A stretch of DNA of 64,000 nt, taken from contig OZ252243.1 of assembly GCA_965249555.1 (NCBI GenBank), positions 512,001-576,000 on the forward strand. Direction: 5' to 3'. This DNA is from Nitrosopumilus sp. Its GTDB lineage: Archaea > Thermoproteota > Nitrososphaeria > Nitrososphaerales > Nitrosopumilaceae. The notes beneath the pieces were generated by a model that made no database searches, was not told the DNA's origin, and was given only the letters and a program-made list of their open reading frames with translations. Positions 21,191 through 32,114 of this stretch are shown here, piece by piece (the first letter of the stretch is position 1; the number at the start of each line of letters is the position of its first letter). The position numbers and the translations under genes were made by a program.

Positions 21191-21291
21191 TAAAAAATAA
21201 AACTTTCAAAGATATTACGTAAAATACATGCTATTTGGTTTTGGTTAGTTGCATTATTTGCATTTACCTTTGGATTTGTGCCTATATTTTT

Positions 21292-22610
21292 GTATGTATC
21301 CATGTGAATTGTTTTTATACATTTCCCACTTTTTTGCATCCCGAAGCATAGCCTTCGCTAGGGAATGCTTTCAAACAAAAGATGACGGACATGTATCCAT
21401 ACGAGGCTTGTTTCTCAATGCTATCTTCATCCCTTCGTTAGAACCTATCCGCAGTTATCAACCGAGGCCTGTCCCTCAACATACAAAACGCGACTTGCAC
21501 AGTCCTAACTGTAATTCTGTACAAATTCTCTCCTCTCTTTTAGCATCCAGTAAATCACTCGCAGAATCTGGGATGATGCAGCAACTATATCTTTTGATGA
21601 GCCTCTCTTTTTCTTAATGCGATTGTAAAATTTTGTAATGTCACTGTTCTTGTCATGTAGTGTATGGGCATGGACGCATTGGACAAGGGCCCATCGTAGT
21701 GTCATGCTTCCTCTTTTGGTTATGCTGCCGTGATGTAATCTGCAGAGTTTCTGACTGATGGCACGACTCCTGCATATGCGCATAACTTGTGAGAGTCATT
21801 GAATCTGTTAATATCTGCAATTTCTGCTGCAATAACTAGTGACGAGTAGTCACCAATTCCGGGTATTGATTTTATTATCATGGCATCAGGACTGGCCTTT
21901 ACAGCAGCATACACTCTTGAATTAATCTCTGCAATTTGCAGATTGATATGGCCTATCTGTCGTAGAAATCCATCTATGCGATAGTCACCTAGGGAGGTGA
22001 GTCTTTCGTTGTATGTTACAGTGAACGGGACCCCGGGTATCTTGATTCCCTCCTGTAACAAAATTCCATGAACAGAATTTTTGAGAGATGTCCTCCACTG
22101 AACAAGCTTTTTTCTGTATCTTACCAGTTGACGATGTTTTACTATCTTTTTGTTTGGAATATGGCATGTTGCAATGTATCCCCCACGCAAAAGATCTGCC
22201 AGTATCCTGGCATCAATCTTGTCTGTTTTTTTTGATGCAGCTATTGCCTTTGTAAGATAGGGGTTTGAAAGTGTAACATTTTTGTATCCCAATTCATCTG
22301 TAAGAAATCTATACGTGTTATACCAGACTGATGATGATTCCATGACAATATTGGCATGAATTGGTATGTCTGTAAAATGTTTCCTGATTGATTCATGAGT
22401 GTTCTCAACTTTTATGTTTTGTAATATCTTTCCGTCATTATTCATTGTTGCCACTTGAAGAAATTTCTTGTGCAAGTCAATGCCAACATACATGCCCTTG
22501 TCTTTTTTTGCCCTAATCTGTTTCTTTGAGGACGATTGATTACGACTCCTGGACCTGGGTTCATTTCCTATGCTATCTGAATTCCTTCTTTTGGTATTCA
22601 CATATAGTTA
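21292..22610 (-). mobile_element. IS110-family type B (IS1111-like), frameshifted transposase with ~210-bp 3' non-coding region
   Basis: YVGIDLHKK, MESS, KTDKIDA, SIPGIG, AYAGVVPSVRNS; C-terminus in a second frame (21505-21783); sub-terminal ATGTGAAT inverted repeat near both ends. Left boundary approximate. Confidence 0.85.
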
Positions 22611-22704
22611 TCATTGAGCATCTGACATTTCTTTATGAATCATGAAGACATGTTTGTGTTGTTGTTAGATCCATATTATCATCAAATATTTACAAAATGA
22701 ACAG

Positions 22705-22948
22705 TTTTAGGATGAGTTGGAAAAACTATCTCTGGAATCATATGCGCCATCAGCCAGAACTTTTGTTATTTTACTGCCTATCTTTTCTGTCTTAACGTCA
22801 ACTACCCCATGAATTTTCAAGAATCTGCGTCTCTGATTCCATTTCTGTTCCATCCATTAATAATCTAAAATCAGATGGTCAATCATGCAATACGGTAATT
22901 AAGCGTAAAAGTTTCTCTGACTGGAGCGGACCAATCTTTGCACAGCCC
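22705..22948 (-). pseudogene. IS5-family (IS903-like) transposase relic
   Basis: WMEQKWNQRRRFLKIHGVVDVKT...KVLADGAYDSR; end-like GGGCTGTGCAAAG near 22948. Confidence 0.65.
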
Positions 22949-23033
22949 TGCAGGTATGCTCAGACCGGTAAACGTTTGAATCAAACTATTGTGGGTTTGA
23001 AAGTTTAATTACCGTACTTGTACACTATATTCC

Positions 23034-23177
23034 ATGCAAACAGATCTTAGATGGACAATGGAAGAAGTACAAGGATTTGCAAAATGGGATGCAGACCGTA
23101 AGAGTGGCAAACTAGGTGCACCCAAGCATTTCAAAACGGTAGATGAACTAGAGAGTTGGTTACATAAGCAAGACTAA
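23034..23177 (+). CDS. 47-aa putative antitoxin
   Basis: MQTDLRWTMEEVQGFAKWDADRKSGKLGAPKHFKTVDELESWLHKQD; upstream BRE/TATA-like GAAAGTTTAATTA. Confidence 0.55.
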   Translation: MQTDLRWTMEEVQGFAKWDADRKSGKLGAPKHFKTVDELESWLHKQD

Positions 23178-23457
23178 CCACTGGTCCGTTGATGTTCCTT
23201 CACTAGATTTTAAAAAACAGTTTGATAAATTACAGTCATCATCACAAGAAAAAATTATTCAACATTTAAAAGAACTAATTGCAATGGCTAATCCTGAAGA
23301 TCATAATTTTTCAATTGACTGTCCCAGAATACAGGGATTCAATCATGCTGTAAAATATATTCTTGATTCAAATCTGACATTGCTTGTTGCATTAGATAGG
23401 ATAGATAGCGGAGTGAAGATTGACCGCATAATTACTCTTTATTCTTGTTCTGAATAA
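23164..23457 (+). CDS. Putative RelE/ParE-fold toxin (start uncertain, possibly ATA)
   Basis: Open frame HWSVDVPSLDFKKQFDKLQSSSQEKIIQHLKELIAMANP... overlapping the preceding ORF. Confidence 0.5.
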   Translation: MSKTNHWSVDVPSLDFKKQFDKLQSSSQEKIIQHLKELIAMANPEDHNFSIDCPRIQGFNHAVKYILDSNLTLLVALDRIDSGVKIDRIITLYSCSE

Positions 23458-23473
23458 TGCTATTCTGAATCAA

Positions 23474-24552
23474 TAGCGAAGAGTCAAAGTTCGCGAACTA
23501 AAAATCATCAAAACAAAAGACTTTTTGATCACTACACACAATGAAACACATGAACAAGTTAGAACAGCTTGAAGCAGCATACAAAAAGAAAAACTCCAAA
23601 GATATAGTCAGGATGCTTGCAGTACTAATGGTTCTCAAAGAGAGTAAGGAATTAGAGTACACCACACAAACACTATACCGCTGTACAAACTGGGTACGCA
23701 AATGGGTTGATCGTTTTAACGTAGATGGCCTATATGATCACCCAAGGAGTGAAAGACCATGTGTAATCCCAAAGAAGCAAATGAATTCTATCATGTTCAA
23801 AATTATGTCGACACTATTTACACCTGTAATGCTGCAGCAGACAATATTTGATTCTACTGGAATAAAATTTCACATAACACATGTCAGAAAAATAATGCGC
23901 CAGTATGGAATGTCTGCTAAAACTGCACAAAAATATCACATCAATCATGCAAGTGCAATAGCCGTGCGCAGCTGGGCAGCAACGCATGAAAAAGAGAATT
24001 CCACGCCTAAAAAAGAGTGGATTCACCATTGCAATGCTTGATGAGGCATTCTTTGTCAGGGATGTAAAGGCAGGACGAAAATATTGCTCACCAGTTGCCA
24101 AAAGAATATTTCTCCCATATGTGGGAGACCATGAGAGTTTGGCAGTGTATGGAACAGTTACAATCAATGGAGACCAACTGTTTAGAATTTATAAAAAATT
24201 CAACGGTATAACATTTGTAGAATATCTAAAAGAGATACACTACAAATATGGTAAAATTGCGTTGATACTTGACAGGGCATCAGTGCACAAATCAAAGAAG
24301 GTCAAGGACTTTTTGACAGATAATCCAGATGTTAAACTGATTTGGCTACCAAAAGGATCCACCATATCTAAACATGATAGAGCAGTGTTGGAAAATAAGC
24401 ATGTGTTGTTGGTATCAGAATATTATGCAACGTTTACAATAATGAATAATTTAGTGTCACAATACTTTGGAACAAAAAAATTCAAACTTGATGTTGTTAA
24501 TTATATTTTTAGAAATCCTGCAAAGATGTTCACGAACTTTTGATCGTCGCTA
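23474..24552 (+). mobile_element. IS630-family element, frameshifted (inactive)
   Basis: HTH ORF plus LDEAFF/ILDRASVHKS; catalytic PYLNMIE is out of frame; imperfect terminal IR TAGCGA.GA.TCAAAGTTCG.GAAC. Confidence 0.85.
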
Positions 24553-24656
24553 TACATGTCCGTCATCTTTTGTTTGAAAGCATTCTCCAGCGAAAGCTAT
24601 GCCTTGGGATGTAAAAAAGTGGGAAATGTTTAAAAACAATTCACATGGATACATAC
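24552..24656 (+). repeat. Third partial copy of the IS110 type B 3' end
   Basis: TACATGTCCGTCATCTTTTG...TTCACATGGATACATAC; IS630 abuts it at a TA. Confidence 0.85.
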
Positions 24657-24951
24657 GTTTACTATCTCTTATCATGCAACTAAACCACCATGTTATCTGT
24701 CAGATGTATTATACGGGTGCAGTAGAATCTGGTCTGATTAATCCAAAAAGTACAAAAATTTAATAAATTATGATATCATTTGTCATATTTATGAACAGGC
24801 TAGACAGGGAAATAATGTGAAACCATCCCACCAGATATTTTCACAAAATACCCTCGGGATTTGTTTGGTACTTTTCATTTGATGCCTGTTCAGGTTCTCC
24901 CATATCATTTAAAATTGATTATAATCCATTGATTCAAAGAAAATATTTTGA

Positions 24952-25173
24952 TTATATGTTATTCAGATTATGCCGTCTTATCCACCAAACCCAAACAGCA
25001 AGCAAACCAATTCCAGTCGCTAAGATAAATACTAAATTTACTATTCCATCATAAATTTTAATTTCACCTAAAATAAAAATACCACCAACTACTACTCCCG
25101 AAATAGTTATCAAACAACTAAAAATCCATGTATAACAAGCGGACCCAAAAGTTTTGAGAATTGGAACTTTCAT
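24952..25173 (-). CDS. Small two-TM membrane protein
   Basis: Two hydrophobic segments; 4-nt overlap with the upstream ORF. Confidence 0.55.
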   Translation of the reverse strand: MKVPILKTFGSACYTWIFSCLITISGVVVGGIFILGEIKIYDGIVNLVFILATGIGLLAVWVWWIRRHNLNNI

Positions 25174-25502
25174 TTTAACAACTCTCTAATCTGTTTGATT
25201 ATCATAGGAATCCCAACAAGTGGCATTAAATTTGCAGGAAAAGGAAAAAACAAACCACCAACCAAAGCAAAAATACCCAAACCTATTGACAGATAAATTC
25301 TCTCATTTTTTGGAATGGCATCTGATGTTTCTGATTCCATCGTTTTGTTTTCATCATTAAAAGGCGTGACAAAATTTCTAAATAGTGTCACCGTTTCCTG
25401 ATTATATATCACAAAACCCTTGCGTAATTGTATCATTTTATTTTCAGCCAAAATAAATTTGGGTTTAAAAATAATTTTATTTGAAAAAATATTTAATAGC
25501 AC
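25170..25502 (-). CDS. Small membrane protein (start probably downstream)
   Basis: C-terminal hydrophobic hairpin; MESETSD (near 25340) is a more likely start. Confidence 0.45.
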   Translation of the reverse strand: MLLNIFSNKIIFKPKFILAENKMIQLRKGFVIYNQETVTLFRNFVTPFNDENKTMESETSDAIPKNERIYLSIGLGIFALVGGLFFPFPANLMPLVGIPMIIKQIRELLK

Positions 25503-25609
25503 ATTATGTTCTTTAATTCCATAGTTTTGATTTTCATGATAAACAAGTTTGTTTACAGTCTTTACCTATTTTTTTAAAGGTAAAATCAAATTTTTGACTT
25601 GATTTTATT

Positions 25610-25918
25610 TCATACATTTTGAATAAGTTTTGCTTTGTTCTCATCAATTAATGCCAATAATGATTTATCAAATTCAGAACGTAAAGAAAATTGTTGTTTA
25701 AGTTCTAATTCTAAATTTATTAAGTTACTCAAGCCACATTTTCCCAGATCGTATTTTATTTTGTTATTATCCAATTTCTCATATTCTAATTTCACACCAA
25801 ATTTTTTAAATAAAACAATAGATTCATCTAACAATGGAATCATCTTACTAATGAATAATTTTTGAAGTTCCACGGAATTTTCTTGTGCGCCCATAACTAT
25901 ACCAGGATTATTAATCAT
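25610..25918 (-). CDS. Hypothetical protein
   Basis: ORF track; TTTATAAA about 25-30 nt upstream. Confidence 0.55.
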   Translation of the reverse strand: MINNPGIVMGAQENSVELQKLFISKMIPLLDESIVLFKKFGVKLEYEKLDNNKIKYDLGKCGLSNLINLELELKQQFSLRSEFDKSLLALIDENKAKLIQNV

Positions 25919-26054
25919 ATTATCAAATCAGATATATAATATTTATAAATTTATGCAAGTTCTGGAACGTCATCATGATATTTCAAATCCTTCTTCAGGT
26001 GTTTTGAACCAATTTCCATATTCTCAAGATCGTAGAACTGTGAAAAGCCCACAT

Positions 26055-26890
26055 GACTCTGGTCAATCCTAGTGATCTAGCATAGATAGTGGTCAGAAGT
26101 GACAAATATGGATCTTCTCAAGATTGCCCAAACCCTTTTGAAATCATTCTCCATGTAACTTCTTGGATACTCCATTAATTTTGGTATATCCCAAGACAGA
26201 ATGGCAATGGATGCATATCTTGATACCATAGATATGACGCAAAAACAGATCAACACAATTGAGATAAAGATTGCAGTAATGAGGATGAGAAAACAAGACT
26301 ACTAATGATCATTCCTGGAATAAACTATGTCACGGCATTGACAATAATTTCAGAGATAGTTGACATCAGCAGATTTGCAACAGCAGAAAAACTAGTCTCA
26401 TATGCAGGACTTGCACCATCGCACAGTAATGCAGATGTGCACCGAGGAGGCGGAATAACAAAGAGGGGTTCTGCATGGTTACGTAACGCAATGGTAGAGG
26501 CTGCAAATACTATAGTACGATTTGATGAAAGAATGGGATCATTCTATTTCAGAATTGCAAAGAGAAGAAAACAAAGGTGGCAGCTGCAAGGCCGGATGCT
26601 TGCAATAATCCGGGTACATGCTAACTCTGAAAGTGTATCGTACACAAAATCATGAACTGACACAGCGAAAGTATAAGATGCAAGGCATATCTGAGATGTC
26701 CTGATTCAGCAAAGCACGCTAGTAAGTGTCCTCAGTAGGGTTGGAGACGATTTCGTATGGGAGTATTCAAGAATTTTTTATATCACTTCTGACCAGGGGT
26801 TTTTTCAAGGGGGTCGGGCAATCTTGAGAAGATCCATATTTGTCACTTCTGACCACTATCTATGCTAGATCACCAGAACTGACCAGAGCC
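26055..26890. mobile_element. Non-autonomous element: ~90-bp inverted repeats around an IS110-A fragment
   Basis: 26055-26143 is the inverted copy of ~26802-26890; the interior holds IS110-A 3' half (~26195-26763). Confidence 0.7.
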
Positions 26891-27020
26891 ACCAGCGGCC
26901 GGCGGATTTCGGTGATCAGACCACTATTTCGCACCAGAGTCACACAATAGAAATAATGATCAGAATTTATTTTTTTGAATAAAACACGTAATTAGGGATT
27001 ATTCGTTTAGATATTTGAGA

Positions 27021-27314
27021 TTAGGATTTGTTATCTCTACCATAGAGAGTTTTATGGTCGTCTAAATCTATCAAATGTATAACATGCTCATCATGACTGA
27101 TAGAAAAAATCAAAGTATGTGACTTTGTAAGATGACGTCCAAAACAATTTTTATATCTTCCATGTTTTCTAGTCCCTAATTTTGATGGATTTTCATTATC
27201 ATTTAATAATTTTACATCATTCATAAAAGAGTGAAAATTACCTAAGAGCTGTTTGTTTGACTTGAATTTTCTTAATCTAGTGTCTATTACTGACTCTTGG
27301 GCAACATCCCACAT
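27021..27314 (-). CDS. RelE/YafQ-superfamily toxin
   Basis: 97 aa; GRHLTKSHTLIFSI...IHLIDLDDHKTLY resembles the YafQ/RelE C-terminal H..LY. Confidence 0.65.
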   Translation of the reverse strand: MWDVAQESVIDTRLRKFKSNKQLLGNFHSFMNDVKLLNDNENPSKLGTRKHGRYKNCFGRHLTKSHTLIFSISHDEHVIHLIDLDDHKTLYGRDNKS

Positions 27315-27322
27315 AACACATT

Positions 27323-28333
27323 CTAATTAGTGATTTTATGTACATGTTCTAAATATTCATCCGGGGTGTATTTTTTCAAATGTTTTGTGTTTAATGATTG
27401 TAATTCTTTATCTAATTCTGAATTGAATTTGATATTGTTTTGAGTTAATTTAAAAACTGAATTAGAAAATAGGTTTATATTTTTTTCAAGTTTAGTTATC
27501 TCTTCAGAATATTTATCGTTCCATGATTCTTCATATTGATTATAGAATTCATCATGTTCTTCTATTCGTATACCGTATGAAAATACATTCCAAATATCAT
27601 CATATAATTCTCTTGCATTTTGTAGCAACTTTTTTTCATTTTTATTATAATCTGACTTTATATCAAGTAATTCATAAAATGCTTTTGAAAAATCATTAAA
27701 AATACATCTAAACTGGAAAAACAATTCTGTTTTTGGTAAATCGATGATTGCTTCACTTAGAAATTCATCAACATCTGTTTTTTTGTATCGATTTTTTAAT
27801 GAAATTTTTCTAGAATCCAAGATATAACTACAAAAATTATCAAATTTGTTTCTAAAATCAATATTATATGATATGTAAAATTTTGTCGGTGCATACTTGG
27901 AATAGATATCATTTATCAAATTATTCATATTAACAAACTGCTTTACTTTGTTGGCAATTATCGTTCTAGATTCCTCTATATCATCAGTGACATCAACTAG
28001 TCGTTTTCTTAGGTGTCCTTCAGAATATTTGTAGATTTCCAATTGTGAATTATCTACAAATTGTATTTGATTGTCTTTCATATCTTCAAAATTATCATAA
28101 AACACTTGAGAGAAAGGCCCATTTTTGTACCAGTAATATGCTAATTTATACTTGATAGTGTTATTCTGTGACAATTCCATTTTTACCAGATATAGTATTT
28201 TTAGTATCTGTTTTTTGCTAAGATTTATTCTTCCTTTTTTAGAAAAATTATGAAAAACAAGTCGGATTAATTCCTTGATAACGGGGTCAACACTACCTTT
28301 TGTTATTATCATTACTATACATATACACGACAA
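27323..28333 (-). CDS. DUF4065/SocA (Panacea)-like antitoxin with a long helical extension
   Basis: KKQILKILYL...YYWYKNGPFS; lies directly upstream of the toxin. Confidence 0.6.
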   Translation of the reverse strand: MSCICIVMIITKGSVDPVIKELIRLVFHNFSKKGRINLSKKQILKILYLVKMELSQNNTIKYKLAYYWYKNGPFSQVFYDNFEDMKDNQIQFVDNSQLEIYKYSEGHLRKRLVDVTDDIEESRTIIANKVKQFVNMNNLINDIYSKYAPTKFYISYNIDFRNKFDNFCSYILDSRKISLKNRYKKTDVDEFLSEAIIDLPKTELFFQFRCIFNDFSKAFYELLDIKSDYNKNEKKLLQNARELYDDIWNVFSYGIRIEEHDEFYNQYEESWNDKYSEEITKLEKNINLFSNSVFKLTQNNIKFNSELDKELQSLNTKHLKKYTPDEYLEHVHKITN

Positions 28334-28480
28334 ATTACTTAGATTTTATTGTTATCTATGAAATAGTCGTAACAAAGCGATCTTGATGAATAGTTTACAT
28401 CAATCGGCTCTGGTCAATCTAGGTGATCTGACATAATATAGAGATGCGGATCTCTCTGAATTGAATTTCATGCTGAACTT

Positions 28481-29643
28481 TCCCCATACAGATCACCAAA
28501 ACCATACAGTACATATTTTGGGGGATTCCGACTTGATAGACGTTATACGAAATCTTTTTCATATCTTGTAATGTATACCTACTGTTGGGCCTGAGAGTTG
28601 AATGAATACTGCCATGTACAAGGGCGTTACACAGACTAACTCGTAGTGAGCGGAAAACAAAATACCACATAGATGGCAAATGGGAGCATTCCGCTAGATC
28701 AGGCAATTTGATCAAAAAGGAGGTGATGGTATGATCAGCATAGGAATTAATATTCACAAGAAGAAATGTGTTGCAACAAAACAGGAATCCAGAAAGAAGC
28801 TAGAGCAGACAAGCTTTGATAATACAACAAATGGAATAATGGGTTTTATCAAACATATCAAAAAGACATATGGCAATGACATACAGGCAGTGTGCGAATC
28901 AACTGCAAACTATTGGATCAGACTACATGACACGCTAGAAGAGACTGAATCGCGTACAAAGTGTCTCAAGACACAAAAACATGATTTATGCAATACTTGC
29001 AAAATATGATTACACCCACAAAGACATTCTCGCAGAAAGGAGTACGATGGTTGCATGAAATTAATCTGATAGAATGGTAATGGATGCATATCTTGATACT
29101 ATAGATATGATGCAAAAACAGATCAACACACTTGAGATAAAGATTGCAGCAATTAGCAATGAGGATGAGAAAACAAGACTACTAATGACCATTCCTGGAA
29201 TAAACTATGTCACGGCATTGACAATAATTTCAGAGATAGTTGACATCAGCAGATTTGCAACTGCAGAAAAACTAGTCTCATATGCAGGACCTGCACCATC
29301 GCACAGTAATGCAGATGTGCACAGGGGAGGCGGAATAACAAAGAGGGGTTCTGCATGGTTACGTAACGCAATGGTAGAGGCTGCAAATACTATAGTACGA
29401 TTTGATGAAAGAATGGAATCATTCTATTTCAGAATTGCAAAGAGAAGAAAACAAAGGTGGCAGCTGCAAGACCGGATGCTTGCAATAATCAGGGTACATG
29501 CTAACTCTGAAAGTGTATCGTACACAAAATCATGAACTGACACAGCGAAAGTATAAGATGCAAGACATATCTGAGATGTCCTGATTCAGCAAAGCACGCT
29601 AGTAAGTGTCCTCAGTAGGGTTGGAGACGATTTCGTATGGGAG
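28481..29643 (+). mobile_element. IS110-family type A, degraded transposase, ~250-bp 5' non-coding region
   Basis: IGINIHKK, CESTANYW, TIPGI, SYAG.AP across two broken ORFs; ends TCCCCATAC and GTATGGGAG are imperfect inverted repeats. Confidence 0.8.
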
Positions 29644-30775
29644 AACCCTGAATGATGATACTCCAGCAGACAGGACAGGAATCAAAATCAATGGAAAAAA
29701 CAAGGGGTTGACTTTAATACAAAATGCAAGTAATAGCAGATAGGCATTAGATTTTGATAAAGAGTATGAATGTAGTAAATGTAAGTGAATCCATTATTGG
29801 ATTCTTAGATATGGGTTTATCCCAGATTGAGAATGTGTCCTTACTGGACACCAAAGGAGGAAGACATGAGCAGTTTTACAATCTCTCGTCTCTGGAATAA
29901 TAGTTCTAGTCATAGATAAAATACTTGAAATATTATTTTAGAGCATGGCGAAAGCCATTTTTTTTAATTCGAAATACACGTAAGAAATAACTACTCAAAA
30001 CTATATCTATTCAATAGGGAGTTAGGAAAATTCAAGAAATTACTGAAAAATATTGAAGAAGACATTAAAGAAAATGAGAAAAGAAATGAGTTTCAATTAC
30101 CTTTGATGTTTTTGATGGATAAATTTGAGATGAATCTAACTATGGTTACTTTGAAACTCCCAACACGTACATTTTTGAAGCCAAAGAGATGAAAATTACG
30201 TATAGACTTACTATCAAATTTGATGAAACCATTGACAATATCTTTGCAAAAACAGATCTAACAAATGCAATTAAAGATCTAAAATTACAAATGATTCAGT
30301 CTTAGATCCAACCCCCGAAAGTAAACAAGAATAATTTTGTGATCTAAACCACTCAGATTACCCAGAACCCTATTTTCCTATTATTTTAGATTCGAAACAT
30401 TTTGGCAAACCCCTCACTTTAGCCATATCTTGTGTTATCTAGTTAGCATTATCTAAATTTTCAGACGTGGATTAGATCCATTTTCTAAAATCTCTATGAT
30501 GGTGCTCAATTATTTTACAGCAAATAATTGTAATAACAAATCAGACGCAAGTCCACGTCTTAAATAACAGCTCTTTCTTTTAACAAATAGAATTTGAGTA
30601 TCTTCTATTTTGAACAAACAAAAGGATTTGTACCTACTACAATGATTGAGCTAATAGTTGAAAACAGATATGAATTACCGTTTTATTCTTTTCCACAAAC
30701 CTACGAATCATGGGTGTGTCCCTTTTATGGTAAAGAGAAGTAATATATGGTTAATCGGAGAGTTGATTTCGTATA

Positions 30776-31309
30776 ATGCGTAAACAGATAATGCGACAAA
30801 TTACAGATAACCTCAATACTATGGAGGCTACTGGAAAAGTTGATCTAACAATACTAAAAGATCTAAATGTACTTAGAGATTTTCTTAATCAGCTTAAACA
30901 TAAATGGTTAGAAAATAAGAGTAGTGATGGATACTATTTCTATCAAGGATTACGAAACATAGAATTAATGCTAGACAAAATGCAAAAAAGATTTGAAACA
31001 TCTCAAGAAAATCACGACAATCCAAAAATAGCTGAAGACTCTTTAATACTGTTTAGTAGAGTCGATGATTTAATACAACTTACTGAATCTGATAAAATAA
31101 CTAACGAAACAATAAACGAAATTTTGAGCAAAACTAGAGATCTAAGAAATATTGCAGCACATCAAAATCTAATAGAGCCACCAGAAATTGACAAAGAGTT
31201 AATTGATAAAGAAAATGTTCGCTATAACTTCAATAAAGTAATGCAAAGTTTAGATATCCCAATTGAAGAGCCAATAGCGGTTGACGAAGAATCACAAAAT
31301 AATAGTTGA
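30776..31309 (+). CDS. All-helical protein with HEPN-type Rx4H motif
   Basis: DLRNIAAH near the C-terminus; overlaps the PIN gene. Confidence 0.55.
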   Translation: MRKQIMRQITDNLNTMEATGKVDLTILKDLNVLRDFLNQLKHKWLENKSSDGYYFYQGLRNIELMLDKMQKRFETSQENHDNPKIAEDSLILFSRVDDLIQLTESDKITNETINEILSKTRDLRNIAAHQNLIEPPEIDKELIDKENVRYNFNKVMQSLDIPIEEPIAVDEESQNNS

Positions 31310-32114
31310 TACAAACGTCATAGTAGCTGCTAGTATTTTAGTAAATATTACAGAATTAAACATAAATGTCAAACATCATTTTTATGATCAATCAAGAAGA
31401 CTTTTTAGTATTTTTGAAAAAAGACCTAAAGAACAAATTGGAATCTCAGTTCCAACTATGAGATCAGAAGCATTTCTAGTGTTATCAACAGCTGTAAAAA
31501 GTAGTTTTATTGGGAATAATTATGTTGATATCAAAACTAAAGAAGCTTTTTACAATGACGCAGTTGCTTTGACAAGCTTATGCGAACATAAGATGAGATA
31601 TTTATTTTCTCTATTGCTTAACAAAACTCCAAAGAAAAGTGATACGCGCAGAAATTTTCAACAAGTAAAGGATATGTCAATTTATCTCAAAGATCTATGG
31701 CATACCAAATATCGAGGTAGGCATAAAAAAGAAATACAGTCAAAACAACGAGCGAAACCCATAACAACAGAACCTAGATGGAATGACGAACAAAAAAAAG
31801 AGGTGGTAAACACGTATAGGTCACAAGTTATGATTGAAGGAAAACAATTGGAACGGTTTATGAAAAAATATCCAAATTTAGGTGATGAACGGATTTTGGC
31901 TGAAACAATATCTGTGAAACAAGATTATGAAAAAATCAATGAAGATTATCAGTATTATATTGCATCGTGTGATGTGGGATTTTTCTCCCCTCTAATCTAT
32001 CATGACACAAAATCTGATATGGTGACTAACGAAATCAACGAGAGGTTTGAGATAGTTTGTGATCTTCCAGATGTTGTATTCTGGTTCGTAGACGAACCAT
32101 TACCAGAAAAGTAA
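31281..32114 (+). CDS. PIN-domain ribonuclease with a large insertion
   Basis: IIVDTNV, RSEAF, LGDERILAE and IASCDVGF give the four acidic PIN residues. Confidence 0.75.
   Translation: MTKNHKIIVDTNVIVAASILVNITELNINVKHHFYDQSRRLFSIFEKRPKEQIGISVPTMRSEAFLVLSTAVKSSFIGNNYVDIKTKEAFYNDAVALTSLCEHKMRYLFSLLLNKTPKKSDTRRNFQQVKDMSIYLKDLWHTKYRGRHKKEIQSKQRAKPITTEPRWNDEQKKEVVNTYRSQVMIEGKQLERFMKKYPNLGDERILAETISVKQDYEKINEDYQYYIASCDVGFFSPLIYHDTKSDMVTNEINERFEIVCDLPDVVFWFVDEPLPEK

Noticed and set aside
17434-21617. ORFs 17434-17640 and 21249-21617 with similar translations
   Set aside because: Both read through the same IS110 non-coding end; not independent genes.
26890-26941. GC-rich patch as a possible tRNA or att site
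   Set aside because: No cloverleaf or T-loop consensus; it resembles the neighbouring MITE-like ends.
29644-30775. Possible genes in the gap after IS110-A
   Set aside because: Only short, stop-riddled frames with no recognisable motif; probably decayed sequence.
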